Of a stretch of DNA of 64,000 nucleotides, positions 1 to 18,544 are shown piece by piece. The stretch covers positions 768,719 to 832,718 of the forward strand of contig JAWQFM010000007.1 of NCBI GenBank assembly GCA_033442325.1, in the 5' to 3' direction. Within the stretch, counting starts at the first letter, position 1; each line of letters opens with the position of its first letter. Below the pieces are notes generated by a model. That model saw nothing but the letters and a program-made list of their open reading frames with translations. It had not been told where the DNA came from and did no database searches. Source of the stretch: Salpingoeca rosetta. Its lineage: Eukaryota > Protista > Choanoflagellata. The position numbers were made by a program, and so were the translations under genes.

Positions 1-1558
1 TGGGAACAGCACGACATTGAATTGACACACGAAGCCAGCCGCCCACAAACACACACCCAGCCCACATCTGAGACCGCCCGGCCCACCACCGCCACCTGCT
101 CCTTATCGGACTCAACGCAAGCAACAGCGGCCTCCTTTGCGTCCATCGGCGAGCAAGGGGCCGTCCAAGAAACGTCCCTGCAGTTCTACCTCGCCAGTTC
201 GGAGCTCGGCGAGACCTCAACCGTCGACAGCGCAGAGTATCTGTCCATTGTCGGCGCTCAAACAACAGCCGGTGCAGCATCATCATCATCAACAACAGCA
301 ACAACCAGCAACAACAGCAGCAGGAACACGGCAACAGCAACAACAACAACAGCAACAACAACAGCAGCAGCGCCAGAGCCGCAGCCAGATCAGTTCGCCG
401 AGACAAACAACAAACCCAAGGCAACCATGAGCGAGAGCTGGTGGGAAGACGAATCACGCCGCAAGGTGCTGTGGGGAGTTGGCATCGTCCTGGGCGCATT
501 CGTTGTTATTGGCCTGCCCATCCTCTTCTCCAGCAGCCAGACTGTCGCCTTTGACGAGGTTGCCGTGCTGATTGACAACTCTGGCAACGTAGACCGAGCA
601 GTTGGGCCAGGCCGGTACTTTGCTGGGCCCGCTGGTCGCGCCATCAAGTTTCCGCGCTTCGATCGCACCATCGAGTACACCAGCGGCAACGGCGATGCCA
701 TCAATGTGCGCGTCCAGGACGGCCAAATCAGTGCGTTTGTGCGTTTGTTTGTATGTGCCTGTTTGTTTGCGTGATTCAGTGTATGATTCAGTGTGTGTGT
801 GTGTGTGTGTTCGATTCAGTGTGTGTTCGATTCAGTGTATGCGTGTGTGTATTTGTGTCTGTACACTTGCGTATGTGTCGCACACCGTTGTTGCTTTTGC
901 ATGTGTCCACCACCACCGTGGCCTGTCCACTTGTGACCGACGATTTCTCACCTCCATTTGTCACCACCACGACAACCTTGTTCTGCAACTCCACCCACAT
1001 TCCCCTCCTCGCACCCTCTCGTTTGTGCTGTGCAACGATCAGTTTTGCTTGATTTGTCGTTCCAGTTCCACATTCCGCAGGAGTATCTGGTGGACATTTA
1101 CCGCATCCACAAGACGGGCTTTGAGAGCACCTTGCGTGGCCTGGCCCGCGGCATCTTGCGTGATGTCGCCGCCAGCTATCCTTCCGAGACGTTTTACCAG
1201 AACCGCACGCAGGTCGAGGCCGAAATGCGCGCGCGCATGGAGCAGGAGGGCCGGGAGAGGTTCATTGAGATCACCGGCTTCCAGATCCGCAACGTGATTC
1301 TGCCGTCGCAGTTGAACCAGAGACTGATTGACGTGGAGATCTCCAAGCAGGACGCACGCCTTCGCCAGGAGGAGCTGGCACTCGATCGCATCAACGCCGA
1401 GGCAGCAGCAACGCAGCTGCGGCTGTCGACCGAGCGCACGCGCTACATCACCGAATACGAGCAGCAGACGGCGGTACTGGTGGCCGAGGAGGAGCAGCGC
1501 AGGCGCCGCATCGAGCAGCGCACAAACCAGTACGTCACGCCACGCCATGCTTGTTTGG

Positions 1559-1627
<69 letters not shown>

Positions 1628-2314
1628 GAGTGCACCTTATCTGCCTGCCGGTCTGGCTCAGTCAGCGACGTCCTCCCCTCTGGTGCTTCTCGTGCCCCAT
1701 CCTCAATCACACACAACACGAACCACCCACCCACCCCCGGCCGCATTGCGTGCAGGCTGTTGACGGAGCTGCAGGAGGAGAGCCGGCGCAACGTGTCGCT
1801 GTACGAGCGGGAGACAGACGTCCTTGAGGAGTCGTATGCGCTGCAGACGTCGCTCGAGACAGAGGAGACGCGCCGGCAGGTGGACCGGGTCCGATACGAG
1901 AGCGAGACAAATCTCACCGTGTACCGTCAGGAGACGGAGAACGTGCGGCTTGGCTACGATGAGCAGATTGCGCTGATTGATGAGCAGACGCGGCAGAATG
2001 TCACGCGCATCCAGGCCGATACGCAGCGGGAAGTGGAGGCGTTTGAGTACAAGGTCGCGCTGGCTGTGCTTGAGGCGCAGGTGCAGGCGCAGGTGCTGGT
2101 GGCCAAGGTGCGGGAGGACGCGGCTGTGCTGCAGGCTGACGCCATGGGCGAGGCCCTCAGCCAGCTGCCGCCGTCGGCGTACCTGGCAGAGACATATGCA
2201 AACAGCACCATGCCATATGTCACCTACATGGACGAGAGCCTGGACAACCTCCTCGGCCTCGCCGTGGGCGGTGCGTCATCGTTTGCCGCAGCCAACTCCA
2301 CAGCAGTGCCGTGA
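1..2314 (+). CDS. SPFH/band-7 (prohibitin/erlin-like) membrane protein with long C-terminal coiled coil; 5' end probably outside window; exons <1-730, 1043-1529, 1756-2314
   Basis: Frame 1 is open from base 1 (first in-window ATG at 427). A Ser/Thr-rich region is followed by a TM segment (VLWGVGIVLGAFVVIGLPILF) and SPFH-like motifs (VAFDEVAVLID...VGPGRYFAGP...IKFP, ILRDVAASY...FYQNRTQVE, ITGFQIRNVILP). Both GT-AG introns are phase-compatible. Confidence 0.85.
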
Positions 2315-2732
2315 GCTCTTGTGTGTGTGCGTATGTGTGTGTGTATGTATATGTGTGTGTATGTATATGTGTGTGTGTGTCTTTGCATGTGTGTGCGTGC
2401 GTGTGTGCGTGCGTGCGTTTTTGCATGTGTGTGTGTCTTTGCATGTGTGTACGCTTATTGTGTGTTGGTGGCAGCTTTACACTCCTCCATAATGTAACAT
2501 TATATTACATTATACTGTTCATCATCCTCCAACAAGAAACCTACTCCCAGCACACCCCCGCGAGATTGCAAAGAAGAAGGCGAAGAGCACACGGGAGCAC
2601 GGGGAGAAGGAAGGAGGGGCGTGTACTGCACAGCATTGTGTTTGCACCCACTGTCGCATCAGAAGAACCGCTGGGCGTGTTTCATCATTATTGTCGCATC
2701 AAATCTTTCTTTTGCACCAACAACCAGCAACG

Positions 2733-4031
2733 ATGGAAGCGCGAACTGCAACACCAACAACAGCAACAGCAACAACAACACCTGCACCAACAGCAACACC
2801 ACAGCAGTCCACGATAGCCATGCCCAGCTCCTTTGACAAGAAACAGAGCGAGGCCAAGGAGGCTGAGAAGGAGACCAAGGCGAAGCAGCATGCAGTTGCT
2901 GAAACGGTTGAGGACGATGACGAGGATGACGAGGATGACGATGACCTTGATGATGACGAGGAAGTGGACGAGGAGTTCAGGATTGTCAGCAACGCATTGA
3001 CACACCATGGGTGCTCCATGGACGACCTTTGGAACATTGGCACTGACATGACGTTTAAGGAGAATGACAGCGACGACGAACATACCAGTGCCACTTCTGG
3101 CAGGAGAGGTGCACCTGACACAAAGGCAGCGGGCGTGGGATCCACCGCATCAAGGACAGACGCAACCTCAAGCGGAGACTTGTCTGCAAGCAGTGCCGCC
3201 GCCAGCAGCAAGGGCAAGCACGGCGCTGGCACAAGCTCCGGCAAGCGAAATGCCTCAGCCTCATCCTCATCCAACGAGCATCCGGCAAAGCGCGGCATGC
3301 ACACGGGAGCGCGGGCCAGCAGTGGCAGTACCACCAACACTGCCAGCAGCATTACCATTGACTCGGACAGTGATGACAGCGACGATGAAGACTTGACGGC
3401 AGAAGAGCGTGCCAAAATGGCACAGCTCACCCATGCCTATCGCCAGCAACACAACTACGCAGCCTTCTACGCGAGGTGTGTGATTGTGTGTATGTGTGTG
3501 TGGGGGGGATTGTGTGTGTGTGTAGCAAGAGAGAGAGAGAGTGTGTGTGTGTGTGTGTGTGTGTTGTATGTGTGTAGGCATCCAGCCGGCCTCGTGTTCG
3601 CAGTGCACGCTTTGTGCTCGTGTTGCCTGTGTTGGTGGGGGTGTCACGCTGACGTTGTATGTCGCTGGCTTGTGCGTTTGGGACAATGCCCATTGCTTCT
3701 TCAACAGGGCGGAGCTGGAAGTGTTGAAGCAGCGGCAAGCATTGCAGCAAGCACAGGAGGCGCGCGAGCTGCAAGCACAAGACAGTACGTGCCAGAGTTT
3801 GAGTGTGATGGTGGCAGTGGGCAAGGGCATCCGTCGGCGTGTCTTTTCTGAGCATATGTGCTGTTCCACATCCATTGTGAATGGAAGGTCAATCCCGCCA
3901 CCACTAATTCATGTTGCTTTGCTCTGCGGCTGCTCCTTGATTGCTAGGGAGGCTGCCGGATACGGTGACCATCACCGCGCGAACGCGAAAAGGAACCAAG
4001 CAGAAGACACTGGGCAAGGTGTGTGTGTGTG

Positions 4032-4103
<72 letters not shown>

Positions 4104-4653
4104 CTTTTGGGTCTTTGGTTGTTGCCCCCTTCGCTCGCACGTGCTGCTGTCCATCATCTTCATCATCGTCGTCGTCGTCATCTCTGCTCATGCGCATGTG
4201 CACATGTGCTACACGTGTACGCGTTTGTAATGTGTGCATGTCGACGTGTGTGTTTGCGTGTGTGTCTGTGTCCCACTCGCTGTCGACACCTTCGGGTGGT
4301 GTTTTTGGCGCACAGGACGACGACTTTGCTCCTTTCTTCGCTGGTGAGTGTTCAGTTCACATGACACCACGGCCTTGCCATCCCATGTCACTTGCGCCAC
4401 ACATTTCCATTGTTGCCACTGCGCTCACCACCACCACCTCCACCACCACTGCTTGTTCACTGCGTCCCCAGAGCTGCGCGCGTATCTGGATGTCGGGGAG
4501 ATGCAGAAGCTCGTCGTCACATACGGCGATGAGGTGCACACACACACACAAACACACACGCACACACACACACACACACAAACACACACGCACACACACA
4601 CAAACACACACAAACACACAAACACAAACACACACGCACACACACACACAAAA

Positions 4654-4706
<53 letters not shown>

Positions 4707-5322
4707 CACCACACTTTTGTCCTGTTGTGTGACGCGTATGTACATGTGTATGTGTGAGCTTGCATGTGCATTTGGCAATGTGCCTGTCAATGTACGTGTC
4801 CACGTGTTGTGCGCCTATCGCAATGCCTCCCCTCCACCCAACCGGCGCTCATTCTTCTTTTGCCAACGCTTACGCATGTTCCTCTGCTGGGATGTGCAGG
4901 TTGTTCACGGCACTGACACGCCGACCTTGCTGCAGATGGTCCCGTCAAACCTCACCCTCGGTACGTGCAGACCATACACCGCCCTACCTGAACTGTTTAT
5001 TGTGTGTGCTGTTGTTGCTGTTGTTGCTGTTGTTGCTGTTGTCACTGTTGTTGTGCCTACTGTGTCAACAGGGATAGGGTTACGGAGTGCTCGCTCTCTG
5101 TGTGTCCTCACTGTCCAAATTGTGTATATTTCATGCATGTGTGTGTGTGTAGAGGCAAGAGTTGTGGATGAGGAGTTGGAAGATGACGATGAAGGTCGTG
5201 ACTGTGACGGTACCATCTGTCTTGATGACACTGCGGATCAAACTTCCACTGCTGCTGCGTGAGTACACATGTGATTGGGCGGAAGGGGGTTTGTTATCAA
5301 TAGCGCACTCATGTATGTGTGC

Positions 5323-5373
<51 letters not shown>

Positions 5374-6164
5374 GCACACATGTGCAGGCGTATGTGTTGG
5401 ATGTTGTCTGGATGCGGTTTTGTGTGAACGTCCTTGATGCGAACCATGGTGGTGCTGTGCATATCTTCTGTTGTGCTTCTGCTTTCGTGTCATCACAGTT
5501 TGGCTCATGCACCAATTCAATCTTGCGTGTGTGTACGCAGGCGAACAAAGAAGCGGCGAGGGGCGGTGCCCGTGCGCATGCGCGCGAAGACCAAGGATAA
5601 CAAGGAGATTGAGTGCACGTACTACCTGGACAAGGTCTTTTATGCCAACACCAAACGTCTTTGCGGTGCCTGAGGACTGTGAGCCGTACGCAACGTGATT
5701 GATGCAATCACACACACACACACGTACACACACACTCTCTCACTCACTCCTCACTCCCTCACTCCCTCACAATATCTCCCTCGCCCATGCCTACACATGT
5801 TGTCACACCACCAGGGGGAGGCCCTCGGTCCCATCATGGACGCATTCACGTCCGTGTGCGAGTCGACGCGCGCGCAGCTGCGCTTCCTCTTTGATGGCGA
5901 CGCCGTTGCTGGTTCGTGTGTGTATCTGTGTCTGTGTGTGTGTCTGTGTGTGTGTGTGTGTGTGTCTGTCTGTGTCTGGGTGTCTGGGTGTACGCACATC
6001 TTATACTCGTGGTTCACTACATGCTGTTGACTGTGTGCTATCCCTTCCCCTCGTTCGCCCTCGTCCCCACACCCTGCTCTCCCATGACAGATGCTGCCAC
6101 ACCAGTCACGCTTGACATGGAGCTTGATGACGAGAATGTCGTGGATGTGTTCTTCACTGCGTGA
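2733..6164 (+). CDS. Rad60/Esc2/NIP45 (RENi, NFATC2IP-like) protein: acidic disordered N-terminus plus two C-terminal SUMO-like domains; multi-exon
   Basis: The last exons encode GEALGPIMDAFTSVCESTRAQLRFLFDGDAVA-DAATPVTLDMELDDENVVDVFFTA*, a SUMO-like fold (LRFLFDG...TP..LDME..DVVDV) lacking a C-terminal GG. An upstream degenerate SUMO-like domain is spread over small exons (TVTITARTRKG..., DDDFAPFFA, KLVVTYGDE, VVHGTDTPTLLQM). Confidence 0.75.
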
Positions 6165-6288
6165 CATGACATATGACCACCATCACTCACCGCCCTGTTT
6201 GAGACGCTGACCATCCATTTGTCCCTTTTTCTTTTTGCTTGTAGATTGCAGCAGTGCCTGATGACATTGTGCATGTACATATATGTGT

Positions 6289-6363
<75 letters not shown>
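6289..6363. repeat. (GT)n microsatellite, representative of dozens of (GT)n/(CA)n tracts in introns, UTRs and spacers
   Basis: Directly visible. Similar tracts occur at about 1563-1624, 12223-12335, 13377-13490, 33288-33376, 46148-46242 and 50227-50323. Confidence 0.98.
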
Positions 6364-6364
<1 letters not shown>

Positions 6365-6993
6365 CTGCTAATTGATTGATGATGCCTAGCTGCGAGATTG
6401 CGTTCCAGATTGAAAGCGCTCAAACATGTGCGTTGTTTTGCTTTGTTTGTGTGCTCACAACTCATCGATGTATTTCGCTTTCTCTCAATGCCCTTCCTGC
6501 CTGTTATTGCACATTGTTGTTGTTCTCCTTCTGACCCCCTCAACCCTCCCCCCTCCCTCCAACTGTCACTTTGCTTCTCTTGGCAGTGCACCGTTCTGTC
6601 AGGTTGCGGTGTCGTTTATTTGAACAACAAATTGGCATCAGTGTACAAAATGCTCTCTGGAAACTCGAAAACAGTAAACATGTGTGGCGCATGGGAGTCG
6701 TCTCAACACAACCGTAACACTGGTCACATGCAGTGCAACGTGCCCTTGGCCAAAACATGACATCAACAAACACAAAACGCTCAGGGGCCCACACAGGAAC
6801 ACGTGTGTGCGCGCACAACAAGAAAACAAGGGAAGAAAGGAAGAGAGCATGTTCCTTTACGGTTCCACCCGCTTCAAATCGCAGGGCCACCTGACACACG
6901 AGTAGCGTCGTATGGTGGCCTGTAGGGTAGAGCGTGTGGCATGTGGTGTGACATGATGTGGCTGCTTGATGGCTTGACGACAGCCTTCCGCCT

Positions 6994-8928
6994 TCACACT
7001 GCGCTGACGGTGGGTGGCTGTGCCATGATATAAGTTGGCGAAGTGCCTGTCTCGCTGGCAGAGCGCGAGCGCTGTCGTCGGCGCCATGATGACGACGACG
7101 ATGATGATGACGATGATGACGAATGCGAGCAACCCATTGGCTGAGACGTTGGCTCTGCATGGGGTGGGTTCGGTGCAGCTCTTGGGCGACGCGAGGACTT
7201 TGTTGACCGCGGCTTGTCATCATCTGGCGAGAGCGGTGCGTGCAAAGGATCTGTGTGCTCCACTTCCAATGGCCTGAATGTCAGATTTGGGGGAATCAGG
7301 GAGGGGGTTGGGGGAAGGGTTGAAGAGTGAGTGAAGAGGGAAAGACAAGAGGAGGTGAGGAGTCATCACAAGACGAAAGTGGCGAGCGGGAAAAAGAAAA
7401 AGGCGTTCGTCACGGTGGTGCCATATCAAAGTGGAGAGCATGAAGGAACAACGTGAAAGACGTGAAGGAGCAACACAAGGTCGCAGAACAGCAGCACGGA
7501 GCACACTAACACGGGTTGCAAGAGGAGCAGACGTACGATTTGGCGGGAACTTCGTGGGCGTTGTATCTGGCTGTGGTGATGACAAGTGGATCTGCAAACG
7601 ATACCCGGCGACGCTCCTTCAGTCCTTCTGTCTTCTTGTTCTTGCTCTTTGTCTCTGGCTGTTGGGCTGACGCGGATGAGTGTGCAGGCGTGCGCGCGTG
7701 CGATGGCCACGATGAAGTCAGGTTGCGGTGCTTCGCCTGCTTGTGGGGCTGCTCACCCTCCTTGTGCCGCTGCTGCTGTTGCGCGCTGTTTGCATATTGC
7801 CGTTGGTGCTCGTGGTGCTGTCGCTCTAGCTGCTGCTCCGACTGGCGTGTTGGCAGCGCATAGAGGTTTGCCTGTGCGGATCTTGAGCGCCTGACACGAG
7901 GCGGTGAGAGCTGCTTCGGCGATGTTGCCTCGTCCGCGGCCGCATGTTGTCCGTGCAGCAGCTGGTGCTGCTTTCGCTGCTGCCTTTGGCGCTCGCGTTG
8001 TGCGCGTGCCAACAGGTCCAGGCCATGGTAAGATGAGGAGCGCTGGGAGATCATCGCAGCCGCTGCTTCTGGCTGCCTGTGCGCATACCGCTGCTTGTGC
8101 TGCTGCTGCTGCTGCTGCTGCTGCTGCGGGTGGTGATTGTGTTCGTTCTGGTGGTGGTCGAACGCGAATCGGGGCTGGATGCGCTGCCTTCGCATCCAGT
8201 ACCAGATGGCACGCAGTTCCTTGTCCTCCAGCACAGGCTGGCAGATGATGCAGGACGCACAGTCCAGTCCCAGCTCTCGCAAGTACACAAAGTACATGTG
8301 CTTGCACACAATGCCCTGAAGACGCGTACGCGTTTGTGGTGTGTGTGTGTGTGTTTGGAGCGGGTTGTAGTGGAGGCGAAGCACGCAGGCGTTGGGCGTG
8401 AGTAAGTCGTGATCATGTTTTGTGTGTGTGTGTGTGTTGGTAGGGGGGTGGGTGGTAATCCTGTAATCATTATACATGGTTTGAGACAGTTGCGCAACAG
8501 AGCGCGCACGGCAGCGTGATGAGGAACATACGTTGGAACAGTGATCTGCGCACGAGCAAGACGGGCGTTGCTTGAGCTGCACAATGAAGACGAAGCCTGT
8601 CAAGTAGAGAAAAATGCGTACATGCGTGATGAGGAACAATAGTGTATGTGAGAGAGGCAGACGTGAACGTGTATGACAGCGAGGTCGAGCAAGTGCACCA
8701 ACGGACTTGGCATACGCCTTTGTGTGGTGTGTGTGTGTGGCAGGACGCGTCAGCTTACCTTTGCTGTCCACGACGGAGAAAATGGCGTGATGGTGGCAGC
8801 CAGGCCGGCACATGCACCTGTGGATGACAAAGTGTGTGCTGTGAGCGACGAAAAACCGGGGAGGGAGGGGGGATAAAAGGCAGGCTACCATCTTCAACAC
8901 AAACGAGGACACACACACACACACATAT

Positions 8929-8960
<32 letters not shown>

Positions 8961-9267
8961 GCACGGCTACACACACGCACGGCTACACACACGCACGCAC
9001 GCACACGCACGCACACGCACGCACACGCACACACACAGATCCATAGACACACCTGTCAGAGATGGTGCTTGTCTTGACACGCATGGGTTGCTGGAGGGCG
9101 GTGGCAATTCGGAGCTTGTCCTCGTATGTTTGGCGCAGCTTTCTGCCAGCCGGTGCTGGTGGTTGGTGGTGTGTCACCAGCACATGCTTGTGCTTGCCGC
9201 TGGGCTGGACGGCGGCCATGTCCCCGCGCCGGCTCGCCGCTGGGTTCACGCTTACGCTGGCTTGCAT
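6994..9267 (-). CDS. SWIM zinc-finger protein (ZSWIM2/MEKK1-type SWIM region) with low-complexity C-terminus; about 5 exons
   Basis: Spliced exons give FSVVDSKG-FVFIVQLKQRPSCSCADHCSN-GIVCKHMYFVYLRELGL, i.e. CxC-x(n)-CxH. A phase-compatible last exon (PLEVEHTDPL...PTVSAV*) ends at 6994. Confidence 0.7.
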
Positions 9268-10089
9268 TTCGCGCGTAACTTCTGTCTGTGGCAGCTTGTG
9301 TGGCTGAGGTCAGGAGGTCCTCAAAGCAAATGGAGAGGGCGCGCGTCGGAGAGGCGAGATAAGTGCTGTGCGGTTGGGGGCGCTGGGAATAGCAAGTTTC
9401 AGTCGGGGCGGTCGTCGTTTGTGGTGTAAATGCAGCTGGGGGATGGAGCTGATGATTGATGGTGGTGGTGGATGCGCCAATCAGGCAGGCAGGCAGGCAG
9501 GCAGGTAGTCAGTCAGTCAGAGCAAACGAAGACGCGCGATCGCTCTGCTCCTCCACCACGCTGCCGTAAGTTTTTTTTGGTGGAGGTGGTTGTGGTTGCT
9601 TTGCGTTTGCTTCTGCCAGTGTTGTTTGCCGTGCTTGCGTGAGCGTGTCGCCAACACAAAGTCAAACAAGCTGCGAACCTGCGGGTTGAGCGAGAAGCGG
9701 AGAAGGTCCTACGCCACCCCTTTCTGCAAACAAAACGGGTTGCATCAGTTTGCAGCAACGTTTGTTCGGAAACAATGGAGGCCATCAAAACGCGTGCATT
9801 GGCAAGCGGGGTGGCGAACGTTTTCGAACATTGTCGAGACCCATCAGTGGCGAATCCAAGCGTTGCTCACGTTGCTTGCAGGCAACCAAGATTCCATGCG
9901 GCTTTAACAGTTTTAAGAACTGATCTCAGTTGAACAATTACTAGACTGAAATCAGTGGTGTGGAAGACTACAGCTGAATTCAGTTGTCGCAAACACTCAG
10001 CACACAACCAACACCACAACAGCAGAACACCCACACACCTCTCCTCTCATCACCTCCATCACCCTATCGCAGCAAAAACAGAAAGCGGC

Positions 10090-14439
<4,350 letters not shown>

Positions 14440-14968
14440 TTCGTCTGTGTGAGTGACATAGTGTGTATGTGTGCGAGGGTTTAGATCTCGTGAGCGTGTG
14501 GTGCCTCCTCTTCTTACTGCTGTGTCTCTCGTCTGCTTTCTCTTTCTCTCGTTTGTCATCAACACCACACGGTGCTCTCCTTTGGCTTGTGTGCGTTGCT
14601 GCTGCCCTGTGCTTGTACACTAGGTTCTACCCATGTCCTCTTGCGTGTGCACATGTGGACATGTGCCCTCTCTTTTGTTCGTATGTGTGTTGGTGGTCGA
14701 GTGCGGTGTGGAGTGCTGTGCTGTTGGAATACAAAGAAAAAACGAAACTGCCAAGTAGCTTACCCAAGTCGTGCTGTGTCGCTTGCAGCATTGGTTGTAT
14801 GATGTTTGTACAAGCAAGCGGGGTCCAACACACACACGCGCACACATCCGCACGCGCATGCTAGCAAGTAACAACTCAAGGCCCCTTCACGCCGCCACAC
14901 GGACGGGCAGACAGGTACACAGACAGAGAAAGAGACAGACAGTCAGACACACAGACATGGCGTGGTGT

Positions 14969-15452
14969 TTACGCTGCTTCTGTGGCGTCGACCTCTGTTG
15001 GGATGATGGCGAGACCGGACGTGGAGAGGAGAAACGCGAGCAGCACCTGCACACCGGCGACACCGACAGCAAACACAGACCCCTGCACGCAACACACGAC
15101 ACACACGACACACACGACACATACATACATACATACATGCATACATACATACATACATACATACATACATACATACATACATACATACATACATACATAC
15201 ACACAAGAGTAGCAAAGACGCATTTGGATGCGTGAGTGAAACACACGGTGAGTGCGCACGTTGCGCGTACGTGTATGCGTGTACACGCAGGGCAAAAGCA
15301 AACTGTTCTGTGCTTGTTGCATGTGCGAAAATGTGATTCGAACCTTTTTTGAGGCGGTTGATGCTGCGAGCGAACGGAACTGCGGAAGAACAAGGCGCAC
15401 AGACAACATGCGTGCAGGCAGACGTGAGTGTGTAGGTGTGAGAGCGTGCATG

Positions 15453-15486
<34 letters not shown>

Positions 15487-16154
15487 AGACGTATGTGCGT
15501 CTCCATGCTCGTGTGCGTGCACTGCATGCCGGACCGTGAAGTAGAAGAGAGCAGCAGCAACCCATCCGCACGCGAGATAGTACACCGTCGCCGATCGCGA
15601 GATGACCGTGGCCAAAATCGCAACAATCACGCTGGTGGTGGTGATGATATGACGGTGGTTGTGGTTGAGAGGCGGGTGAGAACAGGTGAGGATATGTACG
15701 CGATGGCTTTGCGCAGTCACTTTTCATGAGGGAGGGATGCAAACGAGAAGAGGAGGGCAGAAGTCAAGTGCAGCAAACGCCCATACACACATACACACAG
15801 AGGCACAGACACAGACAGACAGACACACACACACACACACACACACAGACAGACAGACACACACCCCAACACACAGACACACAACCACCAAGGGCACGGC
15901 TCACCTGACAAACTTGTAGGAGGTAAACGCCATGATGTCATACAAGGGAGCTTGGACCCCCAAGACAAACGATGCAAGTTTCGCAGCAAGGTTCTGGATG
16001 AAGGGGGGGGGGGTGGCCCAAAAAGGGTGCAGATGGTGGAACAGCAAAAACAACACACGTGAGCACAGGACAGCATGCAGTGTGTGCATTGTGCACGATT
16101 CTGCAAACAAGACGCTCAGGCGAGAGCCCGATAAGAGACACAGCACAACAAAGA

Positions 16155-16235
<81 letters not shown>

Positions 16236-16481
16236 GCACACGCGCGCGCACACGCGCGCACCTCGAAGACGAGGAGGCCGATGGTGGAGCTGCAGAGGAG
16301 GCTGAGCTGCTCGGCGTTGAAATTGCCGGTTGCGCCCTGCACCCAGCTGACGAGCAGGATGTATGTCACCAGCGCCATGGACGGGATGTACAGGTCGGGT
16401 GACCGCTTGTCCTCTCGTGGCGTCATCGCCTTGTCGTCCTTGATGCCCCGCTCCCAGCTCTATGATGTGAATGTGTGCGTG

Positions 16482-16547
<66 letters not shown>

Positions 16548-17593
16548 GCAGGAGGGGAAAGGCTTGCTGTACAGAGCAGGTGCAGACAGCTGCACACGTG
16601 TCAAGCACGCACTGGCACAGACACCCATACCCACAGACACACACACCCATACAGCAGGAGTCCACCTTCTGAAGGTACGGGAAGAGCAGTAGCTGCAATT
16701 TGAGGGCCACATATTTGTTGTCAACCTGAGACAGCACCCAACGCAACCCAGTGCCGTGTGAGTACAGCAGTGCTGGCTGCAACGTTTGTCGTCCCTTTCA
16801 CAGCAACAACACGCACGCATACGCACAGCGCAACTGCGCTTACATCAAAGTAGTATTTGAGCTGGTTCACGTTCACCATGCCTTGCACGCGCTGTGAGAC
16901 GTTACCCAGATGCCTGACGGATGCGGTGAAGCAAGCAGTGCAGCGTTGAGTGAGAGAATCGCAGATGCACAATGAAAACACATTCTCCCGTGCGCGCAAA
17001 AGCGCGCGTGTGTGTGTTTGTGTGTGCGTGTGTGTCCGAGCTGCACACGAAACTGACTGTTGAGCAGCGTAGGAGACGGCGCTGGTCATGAGAGGGCCTG
17101 TGCGTGGGATGACCAGCAGTGCATGTTCTCGTGAGCGTGACACTCAAACACGTGGAAACACGTCGGCGATGCTCTGGCACACAGACACCCTCCACCGTCC
17201 CATCGAACACAATCTAACTAACTCGCACTCACACCCACTCACACCTACCTTGGAGCGAGGATGGATCAAAGGGGTTGGTGATGGGCGGGGGTTGTGGCTG
17301 TGCAGACCCTGGCGGTGCCATGGGTGGTGGCTGCATGTGTTGCTGTTGTTGTTGCTGTGGAAAAGGCTGTTGCATGGGTGCCTGCTGAAAGCCGCCATGC
17401 TGTTGCTGTTGTTGACTGCTGTCAACATAAAACCCTGTGTGCATGTGTGTGTGTGTTGGTGGGTGGGTGATTGGGTGGGAGCGCAGTTCAACACACACGC
17501 ACAAACGCACACGCACAATTGCAAGGGACGACACCCGAGGCAAGGCATGCAGTCACAGTCAACCCATCATCAAAACCAACCCTGCTGGTCCAT
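14969..17593 (-). CDS. YIF1: YIF1 family ER-Golgi transport membrane protein
   Basis: Diagnostic motifs across exons: LKYYFDV-DNKYVALKLQLLLFPY, PREDKRSPDLYIPSMALVTYILL, DIMAFTSYKFV, followed by several TM helices. ATG at 17593, stop at 14969. Confidence 0.92.
15120..15200. repeat. (TACA)n tetranucleotide microsatellite in a YIF1 intron
   Basis: About 20 tandem TACA units, one interrupted. Confidence 0.95.
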
Positions 17594-17757
17594 CTTCCTC
17601 TCCTTCCTCTCTTGCTGCTTGCTTGCTTCTTGCTTGCTTGCTTGTCGTCTTTGGCTTGTGGTTGGCAGTTGCAGGGTGTGAGGTTAAAATTGCCTTTGGC
17701 CGTGGTCAATTTTGACATTGGGACGAACACACACGACGACAGACACCAACAGCGACG

Positions 17758-18466
17758 ATGCCAAAGAAGGGTGGCAAGAAGCAGCAGCAGCAGGCTGCGC
17801 AGAGCAGACCGCCAGCAGAGGCTGACCTGGAAGAGATTGACGATGACGACCACACAACACAGCAAGAGCAACAAGAGGAAGAGGAGGTGCGATGCACGTG
17901 TGTATGTGTCATGTGTGTGTGTAGTGTGTGTGTGTAGTGTGTGTGTGTAGAGTGTGTGTGTGTAGTGTGTGTGTGGTGCGTGTGTGTGCAGTGTGTGTGC
18001 ACGCGTGCAGCGCTCGTGTGGAGTGCGTGTTCCATGTGCACGTTTTCGTGTGTGTGTGTGCACGATGTTGATTGTGGCAGCTGGTCCATGTGGCAGCTCG
18101 TCCATGTGACAGGTGGTCCATGCGACACCTGGTGCACACACGCATATATCAGACTCATCACAGCTTGCCAAGCTCACCACTGAACGCCATGTTACCTCTC
18201 AACTCGGCTCTTGGAGCAGGCTCCCAAGCACGACAAGAGCAAGCAGGATCTCGCCCGCGTCAATGCCGGCGACGACCAAGACATGGGCTCTGAATCTGCA
18301 TCACAGGCTGCCGCAACACAGCTCAAACGCAACAAGCAGCGCGCAGAAGAAGCCGCCCGCAGGTGCGCCTTTGTGTGTTATGGCGTCAACGTTGAATTTT
18401 AGGGTTGGGGAGAAGAACAGTGCCAAGCTTGGGCACGCCGGCACCGTCATGTCTTAGCACAGACAC

Positions 18467-18544
<78 letters not shown>

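Noticed and set aside
1-2314. Vault system idea: SPFH+coiled coil as major vault protein paired with PARP+vWA as PARP4
   Set aside because: The SPFH protein has a TM helix and no MVP repeats in the visible part, the ART protein has no recognisable BRCT or VIT domain, and the genes are about 20 kb apart.
9871-9886. Palindrome-like GTTGCTTGCAGGCAAC as an X-box
   Set aside because: The spacer is longer than the RFX consensus allows and neither neighbouring gene is clearly ciliary.
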